Below, piece by piece: positions 38,723 to 48,216 of a stretch of DNA of 64,000 nucleotides. Every line of letters begins with the position of its first letter. Position 1 is the stretch's first letter. Location of the stretch: contig DASUOG010000005.1 in NCBI GenBank assembly GCA_036276755.1, positions 13,777-77,776 of the forward strand, in the 5' to 3' direction. The notes beneath the pieces are model-generated. The model was not told the DNA's origin and ran no database searches. It saw nothing but the letters and a program-made list of their open reading frames with translations. Made by a program: the position numbers and the translations under genes. This DNA comes from Candidatus Saccharimonadales bacterium (lineage in GTDB: Bacteria > Patescibacteriota > Saccharimonadia > Saccharimonadales > 2-12-FULL-41-12).

Positions 38723-38817
38723 ATTCCCCTTGAATTTAAAAAACTACCATCGAGGTAGTTGTTGTGCGTCACTTGTCAATATACTTTATTAGGTTCCCCT
38801 TGTCAACAGAGAGAGGG

Positions 38818-40437
38818 TTATTTCAGGTTCGGTATCTTCACCGTGAATACGGAACCTTTGTTAAGTTCGCTTTTTAAATCTATCTCGGCATTCATCAACC
38901 TTGCAAGTTTAATGGTTACATATAAGCCCAGTCCGGTGCCGTTAGTCGCTCTCGTCCGATAATCCTCGCTGCGGAAAAACTTATCGAACACCTTTTCCTG
39001 GTCGCCTTTGCTTATGCCGATCCCGGTATCGGCTACTTCGAATACGACACCGGATGAATATGGCTTGGCCGATAGGGTAATGGTACCTTTCTCCGTATAT
39101 TTGATGGCATTGGTAATGAGGTTTTGTAAAATTTCCCGCAGATAGAGCTTGCTGGAGGTAAGGTCCTTCAGCGTATCGTCCATATTGACCCTAAGTTGTA
39201 AACCTTTGTTTTCAACTTCCGGTCGATAATCTACATCGAGTTCGCCAATGAGCTCACGGCAATCTATATCTTCGATCTCCAAATCAAGTTTCTCCCGTTC
39301 GGCACGTGATAACGTCGCCAGATCGTTGATCATCTTGCTCAAGAACAACACCTGATCATGGGCTTGCTTTAAGGCCTCCCGGACCTGCTTATCTCCGGAT
39401 TTTTTGACCAGGAATTCGGCGTTGCCGACTTCGCCCTCGGCAATAGCGATGGGCGTTCTGAGCTCGTGGCTGACCACACTTATAAATTCATCCCTTTCCT
39501 CTTCCAACGATTTTTCACGGGTTATATCACGAAACAGCACGACGAATCCTTCGCTGCCCTGCCTGCCGAAGCCCAGATGAACCGGGGCAACGCTCAAGTA
39601 CAGGTTGATCACGCTGCCGTCGGAATACCTAAGTTTATAATCCCTGTTGACGACCTGGGATTTGGTCTCTCTGATGAATTTATTGATATCAACCTGCTGG
39701 TTATTGTGATCCATAAATCTACCTATATCGGCGAAGGTTTTGCCGTGCAGGTCTATATTTAAATCCAGAATATTAAGGGCGGAACCGTTATATAGCGCGA
39801 TACGTCCGGATTCATCAGTCGCGATTACACCGTCTACCATGCTGTTGATAAGGCTGCCTAACCTTTCGGAAACAAGTTTTTCGCTTAATTGGCTGGCATT
39901 CAGCTGTTTGATGCTACGGTTGAACAAATCCCAGATTGATGAGACGAACATGCTGATGAGACCCACGAATACGGTAGCCGTGGCTATCGTAATGACGTCT
40001 CCCTGGGAAAGGTTATGTTGCTCTTTGATGACCCAAATGGTCACGCTAAGCGCAAAAATACCATATAAACCGTATGAGACCAGGTGCCTTACATAGATCG
40101 TAGTGGCGATGATCAGATATAACCATGCCAGGAAAACCATAGGTGTCAAAAAGCCGACTATAAAAACGCTTAATACGCCCCCCACGACGGCAAAAGAGAA
40201 GTTATAAGACAGGACCTTCTTCAGCGTGTACGGGTTCCAAAAATACTGAACAAAACCCATCAATACAAAAAAGACGAAACCGAACCAAAAGGCCGGATAA
40301 GAAAAAGAATAAGTAGCTAGGACGTCCCGCTCAACAAGAACCAGCAGAACAGCGACGGCCAACGAAAAGATCAAACCGACGGTTCTATCTTGTTTTACTA
40401 CTTTTTTGTCTAAGAAAAATAATTTTTCCGGGTCCAT
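38818..40437 (-). CDS. Membrane PAS-domain sensor histidine kinase
   Basis: TM region, PAS, SHELRTP, NAIKYT, DTGIG, GTGLGL. Confidence 0.93.
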   Translation of the reverse strand: MDPEKLFFLDKKVVKQDRTVGLIFSLAVAVLLVLVERDVLATYSFSYPAFWFGFVFFVLMGFVQYFWNPYTLKKVLSYNFSFAVVGGVLSVFIVGFLTPMVFLAWLYLIIATTIYVRHLVSYGLYGIFALSVTIWVIKEQHNLSQGDVITIATATVFVGLISMFVSSIWDLFNRSIKQLNASQLSEKLVSERLGSLINSMVDGVIATDESGRIALYNGSALNILDLNIDLHGKTFADIGRFMDHNNQQVDINKFIRETKSQVVNRDYKLRYSDGSVINLYLSVAPVHLGFGRQGSEGFVVLFRDITREKSLEEERDEFISVVSHELRTPIAIAEGEVGNAEFLVKKSGDKQVREALKQAHDQVLFLSKMINDLATLSRAEREKLDLEIEDIDCRELIGELDVDYRPEVENKGLQLRVNMDDTLKDLTSSKLYLREILQNLITNAIKYTEKGTITLSAKPYSSGVVFEVADTGIGISKGDQEKVFDKFFRSEDYRTRATNGTGLGLYVTIKLARLMNAEIDLKSELNKGSVFTVKIPNLK

Positions 40438-40480
40438 TTATCTATATACTCGATTGGCTTATGCTTATTATAGCCGAATC

Positions 40481-41176
40481 TTAGGAAATCTTTGCGTAAT
40501 TGTAGTTTCGGATAGCCCTTCGGCGATTTTTATAGTCGGGAAGCATGGACTCTACTTCCTGCCAAAATCCCTTGCTGTGGTTGAGGTGTTTAAGATGAGC
40601 CAGTTCATGGACAATTACGTATTCTATTAGATCCTCCGGTAACCTCATTAAAGAAAGGTTGAATGTTATCTTTTTGTCCTGGTTGCAGCTACCCCATCTT
40701 GATTTTAAGTTTTTTATTCTTACCTCATCCATCTCAAGCTTTGCAGCCGTGGCTTTTTGACGCGTAAGCGGTATGAGAATCCTGGTTGCCTCGCTTCTTA
40801 AAAATGCCGTTATTTGCCTGTCTATCGTCTTTTGCACCTTTGAATCGTCCAGGCCTCTTGGAACATATACGTGTAAAAAACTTTCGCGGGCCTCATATGC
40901 GGCGTATCTTCTGTCATGAACGTGGAGCTTCAATCTGAGGTTCTCCATAACGGCCTGGCCGTCCTTCCAGCCAAGCTCCATGCTGTCGCGGTGCTTACTT
41001 ATCCAATCCTTTTTGCTGCGCAAATATCCAAGACCAGCGGCCTTAGGTACATACCATGGGATACTGAGACGCACGCCGCCGCGTCTGTCTATAGATAACC
41101 TAATGTAGCGCAAACCCCGCCTGCGAAAAATCTTTACGTTGCCTATTCCTTCGACGTTGATTTCGGATAAAGCCAC
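40481..41176 (-). CDS. YgjP/M48-like metal-dependent hydrolase
   Basis: SRWGSC, YVIVHELAHL..NHS..FW. Confidence 0.88.
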   Translation of the reverse strand: MALSEINVEGIGNVKIFRRRGLRYIRLSIDRRGGVRLSIPWYVPKAAGLGYLRSKKDWISKHRDSMELGWKDGQAVMENLRLKLHVHDRRYAAYEARESFLHVYVPRGLDDSKVQKTIDRQITAFLRSEATRILIPLTRQKATAAKLEMDEVRIKNLKSRWGSCNQDKKITFNLSLMRLPEDLIEYVIVHELAHLKHLNHSKGFWQEVESMLPDYKNRRRAIRNYNYAKIS

Positions 41177-41182
41177 GGCTAT

Positions 41183-41851
41183 TTAGCGAATCGAGATATC
41201 CCGGCGCTTGATATCTTCTCTGCCGCGCATGGATTGCGGTATAAGATTCACCAGTTCAGGGCGTATTTTTCTGACTATAATCTGGCTATGCGTCAGGACT
41301 TTTAGCTCTTCAAGTTTTTTAAAGACGGCATTTTTTTGAGTACTGAAGGTATGCTTACCGCTGATAACGACATATTCTTCATCATCCGGGTTCTGGCTGT
41401 TGTTCACGACCGACTCGAATTCAGCCCGGGTATAGCTTTTAGCATACCGGTCGTTGACCTTTCTTTTATCCCGCTTCCGAAGCCGGTCAAAGGCGGTATC
41501 TGCGTCTATCTGCAACCACGCCATCACCAGCTTGGCATTATTGGCATAAGCCAGGTTCCTGATTTTTCTTCTGTCCGATCTCCTGGGGACGGACACGTCC
41601 AGCAAGACGTTGAAGCCCGATGCCAGGAATTCCTTGGTCATGTATTCCACCAGCGCTTCGTATACTTCCGGGGTGTCTATGCCCTTTCTTTTGAGCTTAC
41701 CCCCGAGCTCAGTCCTTATCTTGTCCGAGTGTATGTGGATGGTATTGTTTATCTCCTTGGCAAATTGCCTGGCAAAGGTTGATTTTCCTGATCCGGGATA
41801 GCCATACAGAATTAGAATAAAAGGTTTTTTTACTTGAATCTTGCTCTGCAT
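41183..41851 (-). CDS. P-loop kinase (AAA_33-like)
   Basis: GYPGSGKST, SDKIR. Confidence 0.8.
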   Translation of the reverse strand: MQSKIQVKKPFILILYGYPGSGKSTFARQFAKEINNTIHIHSDKIRTELGGKLKRKGIDTPEVYEALVEYMTKEFLASGFNVLLDVSVPRRSDRRKIRNLAYANNAKLVMAWLQIDADTAFDRLRKRDKRKVNDRYAKSYTRAEFESVVNNSQNPDDEEYVVISGKHTFSTQKNAVFKKLEELKVLTHSQIIVRKIRPELVNLIPQSMRGREDIKRRDISIR

Positions 41852-42013
41852 ATTAAGATATTTTATAACAACTTCAACAAAATATTAAGACATGCCCCGG
41901 TTTAGTTTGAGTTTGTTACAATTGTTATTGCGTTAACTCGTAGGGGCAAGCTGTCAGTGGCCAGTACGCAGACCTCTGAGTCCGCACCTTTACAATATTC
42001 GTATCTTTTTGAT

Positions 42014-42090
42014 AGGAGTGTAGCTCAGTTGGCTAGAGCGACGGTCTCCAAAACCGTAGGTCGGGGGTTCGATTCCCTCCACTCCTGCCA
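42014..42090 (+). tRNA. tRNA-Trp(CCA)
   Basis: AGGAGTG...CACTCCTGCCA; anticodon loop CTCCAAA. Confidence 0.96.
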
Positions 42091-42229
42091 AAAAGGTGCG
42101 TGATTAGTCTTGACACATATGCCTTAATACAAAAAACCAACGGTGTTATGTCAATATTCATACAGCATTCATCGGTGATTTTTGTTAAATAGTCTATAAT
42201 ATAACTACAAGTCGGCGGAGGTAGCAGTC

Positions 42230-42955
42230 ATGAAGGAAAGGAAAACTGCACGCAAGAGCCAGGCATCCAGAGTCAAGCACTTGCGTCCAAGGTCCTTAAC
42301 TTATTACCTGAAAGCTACCAAAGCCACGAAGAAGATCGGCTCGATAGCCACTAATGGATTCTTCCAAGTACGGGACTTTCTTGTTAAAGAAATTCCCCTG
42401 CCGTCAGCCCGTGATATTACCGGTTCGCTTACCGGTTTTTTTAATAGATCTCCAGTACTTAGCGGCCGCACTGAAACGGCTTCCGCAAAACAACCATCCG
42501 AAAAAAACGGCAACAAAAAAAATAATAACAGTTTTGAAGACGATGATTTAGAAACGATAGTCAAAAATTCCAACGAAGTTTTAGCTGAAGCGACTACCGT
42601 TTTTCCCTTTACCTTGTTCCCTGATACGGTTACCGTTGACAGGACCAAGCTTACCATCACCCAACGCACGTTTTTCTGGTCCGGCAAGGTAACGACCATC
42701 CATATAGAGGATGTGTTGAATATCTCGGCGAACGTCGGGCCGTTATTCGGCTCGTTGACCATCGCTATAAAGGGCCTGACCTCGGAAGACCACTACTCGA
42801 TAAATTACTTCTGGCGCAAGGACGCCATACACCTAAAACACATAATCCAGGGACATATGATGGCCCAACATGATAAGATCGATTACCGGCATCTGGAACA
42901 TCAGAAACTAATAAGAACTCTCCTAGAGCTGGGCCAAGACTCAAACCCCGAATAA
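42230..42955 (+). CDS. Hypothetical protein, bacterial PH-domain-like C-terminus
   Basis: SD GGAGG; LFPD.VTVD..K.TI....FF...I.I.DV.......GPLFG.LTI. Confidence 0.6.
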   Translation: MKERKTARKSQASRVKHLRPRSLTYYLKATKATKKIGSIATNGFFQVRDFLVKEIPLPSARDITGSLTGFFNRSPVLSGRTETASAKQPSEKNGNKKNNNSFEDDDLETIVKNSNEVLAEATTVFPFTLFPDTVTVDRTKLTITQRTFFWSGKVTTIHIEDVLNISANVGPLFGSLTIAIKGLTSEDHYSINYFWRKDAIHLKHIIQGHMMAQHDKIDYRHLEHQKLIRTLLELGQDSNPE

Positions 42956-42962
42956 AGTAAGT

Positions 42963-43169
42963 TTATTTTTTACGCGGCTTGACTTCGTTACGCCCCAGGT
43001 TCTTCTTGGTTTCAACGTAGAGGACATGTTTGCGGGCTATCGGATCATATTTGCGAAGCTGTAACTTATCCGGCGTATTCATAGCATTTTTACGGGTATA
43101 ATAAGTACGATGTCCGGTCTCTTCGGACACTAAGCCGACCAATTTTCGCTTATCACTTTTCTTTGCCAT
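42963..43169 (-). CDS. rpmG: 50S ribosomal protein L33 (Cys-free type)
   Basis: TGHRTYYTRKN..NTPDKLQLRKYDP..RKHVLYVE. Confidence 0.93.
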   Translation of the reverse strand: MAKKSDKRKLVGLVSEETGHRTYYTRKNAMNTPDKLQLRKYDPIARKHVLYVETKKNLGRNEVKPRKK

Positions 43170-43211
43170 ACGAATTAAAATCTTATCAAAAATGTTTACA
43201 TCTGTAAATAC

Positions 43212-43236
43212 TGGAGCCACCTGTCGGATTCGAACC
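43212..43236 (-). repeat. Exact 25-bp duplicate of tRNA-Thr(TGT) 3' end
   Basis: TGGAGCCACCTGTCGGATTCGAACC identical to 43291-43315. Confidence 0.95.
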
Positions 43237-43290
43237 CATAACAGTTCGGGGAACTGTTATGTCGACGCGAGCGAAGCGTCGCTCGTTTTG
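43237..43290. mobile_element. 54-bp hairpin mini-element, copy 2
   Basis: CATAACAGTTC-GGG-GAACTGTTATG perfect hairpin plus CGAGCGA/TCGCTCG hairpin; similar to 30627-30678. Confidence 0.7.
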
Positions 43291-43367
43291 TGGAGCCACC
43301 TGTCGGATTCGAACCGACGACCTACTGTTTACAAAACAGCCGCTCTAACCAGCTGAGCTAAGGTGGC
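43291..43367 (-). tRNA. tRNA-Thr(TGT)
   Basis: GCCACCT...AGGTGGCTCCA; anticodon loop TTTGTAA. Confidence 0.96.
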
Positions 43368-43435
43368 AAATACTTTTAACAGTAGTAAATTGTAGCAAAA
43401 ACAGAGGAAATTTGCTAATATGCCTTAGTCCTGAC

Positions 43436-43510
<75 letters not shown>

Positions 43511-43648
43511 CGGCACTTTTATATATAATTTTACAAGCGTAGACAAAGTCTGTTTGTAAAATTAAGACGAAAAGCCGGTCAAGGCTGGTCAAAGATAAGC
43601 AGAAACATTTTGTGCGCGTCTTTGCAAGCCATCACCGAGCTTTGACGA

Positions 43649-43734
43649 GCAGGGTTAGTGAAGCGGTCAAACACGTCAGACTGTAAATCTGATGGCTTAT
43701 GCCTTCGTAGGTTCGAATCCTACACCCTGCACCA
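43649..43734 (+). tRNA. tRNA-Tyr(GTA)
   Basis: GCAGGGT...ACCCTGCACCA; loop CTGTAAA; long variable arm. Confidence 0.96.
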
Positions 43735-43897
43735 CGTCCAAACTAATAACAACCTCGCCAGAATTTGCGCAATCCAGTGGCACAAATTTTGCGGGGTTAT
43801 ATATTGTTTCTCCTTTTCCGAACAAAATATCTCTCATTTTGTTCGGTTATTATAAAGTTGCGAAACGTATGCGAATCCTGCACTCTGCACTGTTCGT

Positions 43898-45322
43898 TTA
43901 GAATATGCTCCAAAGGTGCTGATTCGTCACTTCGTGGTGGTAGAGGATTTCAGCTTCTTTGATTATTTCACCCAGTTCCTTCGGGTTGCGGTGTGCAGTT
44001 GCTACTTTGTACTCCAGATATTTGTCTTTGCTCGTCTTGCCCATAATGTCGGTAGTAAACCGACTGGTTCTGAACTGCCTTATCGCATCATTGATATTAC
44101 TTGGTAAAAATTTAAGCCGCTGGCGTTTGCCGGCCGGCCGGGGCTTTTTATCCTCTACGGCTATTTTCATCACCATATAAAGCAGTAGGTAGGGGTTGGC
44201 GTCGGGGGAAACGGACCGGATCTCAATCCTTGCCGAACGCTCATTCCCCAACGGGACCCGTACCATGGAACCCCGGTCATTTGCCGAAGCTTTGATCTGG
44301 TTGGGCGCTTCATAATTCGGATCTAGCCGCCGGTACGAATTCACGCTTGAATTCAAAACCAAGGATATTTCCGGTGCACGTTTGAGAATCTTGGCTATCA
44401 AGTCCCAACCGAATTCCGATAGATTATCCAGACCGGATTTGTCATATAGTATGTTCCTGCCGTTCTTTGCAAGCGAGAAGTTAGTATGCATCCCGTTCCC
44501 GTTCAGTCCCTGGATAGGTTTAGGCAGGAAAGTAGCCGTCATCCCCAGGCTATGAGCCACTTGCCGACAAACCAATTTGTACAGTAATACCTGGTCGCAA
44601 GCCCTCACTACATCAGTGTAGGAAAAGTTGCTTTCAAACTGCGAAGGTGCGACTTCCGGATGGTCCTTTTCATTTTGGAATCCCATAGCTCGTAGTATGT
44701 CCGCTACCCTATCAATGAATACTCTTAATTTATCCAGAGGCAAGGCATTGAAATAACCCCCGGTCGTCATCAGCTCGAAGCCTTTGTGCCGGTTATAATG
44801 CTGCTCAGCATCCAGCCCGTTCAGCACGAATCCCTCTATTTCCGGCGCCATGAAGCCTTCCAGGCCGTTGGAAGATTTTATTCTCTTGGCGTAGTCCTGC
44901 AATCTTCCCCTAAAATCCGATTCGTAAGGCTTCAAATCTTTGTCCGCTATATTAGCGAACACCGCCACTTTGCCCGGTCCGAAAACATCCGATGGCAAAT
45001 AAGTAAGACTAGTCCAGTCTATGCTCAAACGCAAGTCAGACTCATGTAATTCGCTGAAGCCCCGGATAGATGAACCGTCGAAGGTAAGATTGTCCAATGA
45101 TTTAAGAAAAAATTTCTTGTCGTAATCAAGCATGTGCAGACGGCCTTCGATGTTGGCAAAGCAAACGGTCACGGCTTTGATACGTAATTCTTTCTTCAAG
45201 TTTGCTATATTAATCTTTTTTGCTTGATCGGGATCGGAAATACCGCGAGCTTTTAAATTTAATTCCTCTAGCTCGTTGTAAGAAAGCTCTAAGAAATCTT
45301 TCATTTGACTTTGCTGTTGCAT
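43898..45322 (-). CDS. glnA: Glutamine synthetase (type I-like)
   Basis: FDGSSI.G, HPEVA..QFE, PKP...NGNGMH, NSYRRL.P.YEAP, RIEIRS....ANPYL. Confidence 0.93.
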   Translation of the reverse strand: MQQQSQMKDFLELSYNELEELNLKARGISDPDQAKKINIANLKKELRIKAVTVCFANIEGRLHMLDYDKKFFLKSLDNLTFDGSSIRGFSELHESDLRLSIDWTSLTYLPSDVFGPGKVAVFANIADKDLKPYESDFRGRLQDYAKRIKSSNGLEGFMAPEIEGFVLNGLDAEQHYNRHKGFELMTTGGYFNALPLDKLRVFIDRVADILRAMGFQNEKDHPEVAPSQFESNFSYTDVVRACDQVLLYKLVCRQVAHSLGMTATFLPKPIQGLNGNGMHTNFSLAKNGRNILYDKSGLDNLSEFGWDLIAKILKRAPEISLVLNSSVNSYRRLDPNYEAPNQIKASANDRGSMVRVPLGNERSARIEIRSVSPDANPYLLLYMVMKIAVEDKKPRPAGKRQRLKFLPSNINDAIRQFRTSRFTTDIMGKTSKDKYLEYKVATAHRNPKELGEIIKEAEILYHHEVTNQHLWSIF

Positions 45323-45506
45323 TTTTAAACCCTCTCGTTAGCTAATCAAGCTTAATTTATTTAATACACACATGCTATGTCAAAGAATTAAATTTAATCC
45401 TTAAATTTTCACTATAAAACAGGTTCGCCTATCACTTATATGGCATAAACATGGTAAATTCTGTAAAAAACAGCTATATTTTTCTATTAAGTTATAATAA
45501 AACATC

Positions 45507-45770
45507 ATGGATAGAGAGAGACGACCGAAATATATTGATCATACCCTGTTAAGGTTAGTAGCCTTCATGCACTTGGTGGTGGGCAGTATAATCCTGATAA
45601 TCAGCGGGGTGGTATTATTCGCGCTGCCGGCATTCGCATTTTATTTGACTTTCCTCGCCGGGTTTTATTTTTTTCTGCCGGGTGTCATCATTACCTTCGG
45701 GCTGGTAGGCCGAAGGTCGGCCAGAACTTGGTCAAGGATGATGATTCCGGTTTGGAAATGGCTGCAATAG
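45507..45770 (+). CDS. Small hypothetical membrane protein
   Basis: Two hydrophobic segments; TATAAT just upstream. Confidence 0.55.
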   Translation: MDRERRPKYIDHTLLRLVAFMHLVVGSIILIISGVVLFALPAFAFYLTFLAGFYFFLPGVIITFGLVGRRSARTWSRMMIPVWKWLQ

Positions 45771-45812
45771 TCCCTAGAAGATGAGATATTCCCTCCTATA
45801 AGCGTTAGCGTC

Positions 45813-46484
45813 CTAAATGACTACTCTTTTGGCGCGCTGAACGCGGAATCTTTTCTTGCTGCCCGTAGAAGTTATCAATTTTGACAGCTTATCTTCCAGC
45901 AAATCAGCCTTTTCTTGTTCGTTGGTTTTTCTATACCCTTGTATCAGCAGTTTATAAGACTCCTTAGTAGGTTCTATCTCAACAGCTTTTTCCAGATGGT
46001 TTACCATCTGCTTGTTGTTCCCCAGATACTCCAAGGCTTTAGCCAGAGCTATATGTCTCGCGGCCATGCTGTCCTCTAATTTCAATGCTTCTTCAAAGGC
46101 AGTGGCCGCACGCTCGTAATTTTCGGTTTCATAATATACCAGGCCCAGATTATGCAGGCTGGGCGCCGAGGGCTCGATGCTACAGGCGATTTCAAAACAA
46201 TCTATGGCATCTTTGAACTCCTTTTGCTTGGCGTATAAGATACCAAGACGGTTATAAGCGGCAGCATTCTTCTCATCTATCTTCAAGATTGCCAGCAGCG
46301 CTTTTTCGGCTCTGACCAAGCGGTTCTCCCGCATGCCCTGGTGAACTATGTCCCACAATCTGCCGATACGACCGCTTATTTTATGCGGCAAATCTACCGA
46401 TTCACTTTCGTCGATTTGAAAGGCTCGTAATGCCAAGCCTGCAAATATGAGCAATAATAATAATTCGTACATAAACTCTACCAA
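45813..46484 (-). CDS. Tetratricopeptide repeat protein with N-terminal TM
   Basis: AYNRLGILY, LHNLGLVY TPR motifs. Confidence 0.85.
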   Translation of the reverse strand: MVEFMYELLLLLIFAGLALRAFQIDESESVDLPHKISGRIGRLWDIVHQGMRENRLVRAEKALLAILKIDEKNAAAYNRLGILYAKQKEFKDAIDCFEIACSIEPSAPSLHNLGLVYYETENYERAATAFEEALKLEDSMAARHIALAKALEYLGNNKQMVNHLEKAVEIEPTKESYKLLIQGYRKTNEQEKADLLEDKLSKLITSTGSKKRFRVQRAKRVVI

Positions 46485-46503
46485 TTATAACATTTATCAG
46501 ATA

Positions 46504-47361
46504 TCAAAGATTGTAAAATACATTCGTTAAGAGTAGTTTCTGGTTCACGTTATATCTCTGTGAGCTCCGGGCCGTATTGATTCTTTTAAGTTGTTCCAGC
46601 AGCCTCTTGTCAAAGTGGTTATATTTATCGATCTGATTCTTCATAACGGTTTCCAGCACCTTGCAAAGCGATTCTAAATATAAATCCATATCGAATTCCT
46701 TGTCTTTCACCAGCCTGTCGATTTCTGCCAGACGCTCGAATCTATCGGCTTTGAGCATGGTTTTTATGCTGGAGATAGTATCCACCATCGGGTGTTCATC
46801 GTAATTTTTCAGCAGCTTTATAGTCATAGCCGGTTTGCCACCGCTTAACAAATATGCCTTTTGGACGACTTCTTCGCGGTACTTGTTATGGAAAAACTCA
46901 TTGGCTTGCTTGAGACTGATGGGTAGTACTGCGATCCAGGACAGTCTGGAAACCGTTGTAGGCAAAAGACTGCTTTTGGCATCGGTTGTAATTATTATCA
47001 CGGTGTCAGCCGGCGGTTCTTCAAGCGATTTGAGCATAGCGTTTTGTGCTTCGACGCCGAATTTTTCGAACGACCAGAACAAAAGACATCTTTTTATCCG
47101 CGGTTTGCCGGGTATCTTGAGCCGCAGGAATCTTATTGCCTCACGGACTTCTTCGATACCGGATTTTTCACAGTCGATTGTTAGGACGTGCGGATAATTT
47201 TCTAAATTTTCCACCCCCAGGAATCGCCGAGCTATGTAAAGAGCGAGGTATTTTCGGCCGCTTTCCTTTTCTCCTTGCAGACCGATAGCGTGGGGTTGGC
47301 TTGCGACAATCCTCCCCGTCGTTTCTTCCGTAGCCGGATTGATTAATAAATCAGTCATCAT
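46504..47361 (-). CDS. holB: DNA polymerase III delta-prime subunit
   Basis: EAQNAMLKSLEEPP, LLPT.VSR, degenerate Walker A. Confidence 0.8.
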   Translation of the reverse strand: MMTDLLINPATEETTGRIVASQPHAIGLQGEKESGRKYLALYIARRFLGVENLENYPHVLTIDCEKSGIEEVREAIRFLRLKIPGKPRIKRCLLFWSFEKFGVEAQNAMLKSLEEPPADTVIIITTDAKSSLLPTTVSRLSWIAVLPISLKQANEFFHNKYREEVVQKAYLLSGGKPAMTIKLLKNYDEHPMVDTISSIKTMLKADRFERLAEIDRLVKDKEFDMDLYLESLCKVLETVMKNQIDKYNHFDKRLLEQLKRINTARSSQRYNVNQKLLLTNVFYNL

Positions 47362-47362
47362 C

Positions 47363-48211
47363 TTATATTTTAGGTTGGCTAAAACCGGCCGGCAAGTCCG
47401 AACTGAATGTCATGAGCTCATTATTATCAGGCAGCCCTATCGACAGCTCGCGGGCATGCAAATATAGCCTGTCCGCCTTGGCCCCGCCATAAAAGTCATC
47501 ACCGAGTATCGGACGCTTCATGTGTTTAAGGTGTACCCTGAGCTGGTGTGTCCGGCCGGTTTTAGGCGATAGTTCCAACAGGCTATAGACAACTCCTTCT
47601 TTGGTAAATGTTTTGATAGTCTTATAAGCGGTTTTAGCCGGCTTGCCGCCGCTTGACACCTTAAAGAACTTAGGATCTTTCGGGTTGCGTTCGATAGGTA
47701 TGTCTATGATGGCTTCCCTGGGTTCAATCAAGCCTTGTACAAGCGCGATGTATTTTTTGGAAACCTTGCGCGCCCCGAACTGTTTTTGCAAGAATTGCAT
47801 CGCCCTAGGGTTTTTAGCACAAATCATAACCCCGCTTGTACCCCTGTCCAACCGGTGTACTATACCGGCGCGGTTATTGTCCTTTTTAAAACCGCTTGTT
47901 TTGGGCCATAACCAGGATGCTATGGTACTTTCTTCGCTGAAAGCACCTTTTGAATGTGATAAAACTCCGGCAGGCTTATCAACGACTACGCAGTTATCAT
48001 CCTCGTAGATAATATTCAGCCGGAGCTTGCTGGCTTTTGACGGTTCTTTCTGCTCAATCTGCACTGGACTGTTTTCGTCCACTCTGGTCGCTGACTTTTT
48101 CTTAAGTAATCCGCCGACCTTTACCCTGCCGGCTTTTATCAGGTTCGTCGCCGAAGAACGGCTCACCCCAAGTTTTTTTGCTACCAAATAATCCAACCTT
48201 AGTTTGCGCAA
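47363..48211 (-). CDS. RluA/RluD family pseudouridine synthase
   Basis: S4 domain, DKPAG, HRLDRGTSG, TGRTHQLRVH. Confidence 0.93.
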   Translation of the reverse strand: MRKLRLDYLVAKKLGVSRSSATNLIKAGRVKVGGLLKKKSATRVDENSPVQIEQKEPSKASKLRLNIIYEDDNCVVVDKPAGVLSHSKGAFSEESTIASWLWPKTSGFKKDNNRAGIVHRLDRGTSGVMICAKNPRAMQFLQKQFGARKVSKKYIALVQGLIEPREAIIDIPIERNPKDPKFFKVSSGGKPAKTAYKTIKTFTKEGVVYSLLELSPKTGRTHQLRVHLKHMKRPILGDDFYGGAKADRLYLHARELSIGLPDNNELMTFSSDLPAGFSQPKI

Positions 48212-48216
48212 GCTTC

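Noticed and set aside
43212-43315. CRISPR repeat-spacer unit
   Set aside because: Only two repeats, which are a tRNA 3' end; no cas genes in the window
43658-43962. Short plus-strand ORFs around tRNA-Tyr
   Set aside because: They overlap the tRNA or the glnA end and have no coding features
45323-45506. Glutamine riboswitch or GlnR/TnrA box upstream of glnA
   Set aside because: No match to the glnA-motif core or to TGTNA-N7-TNACA seen
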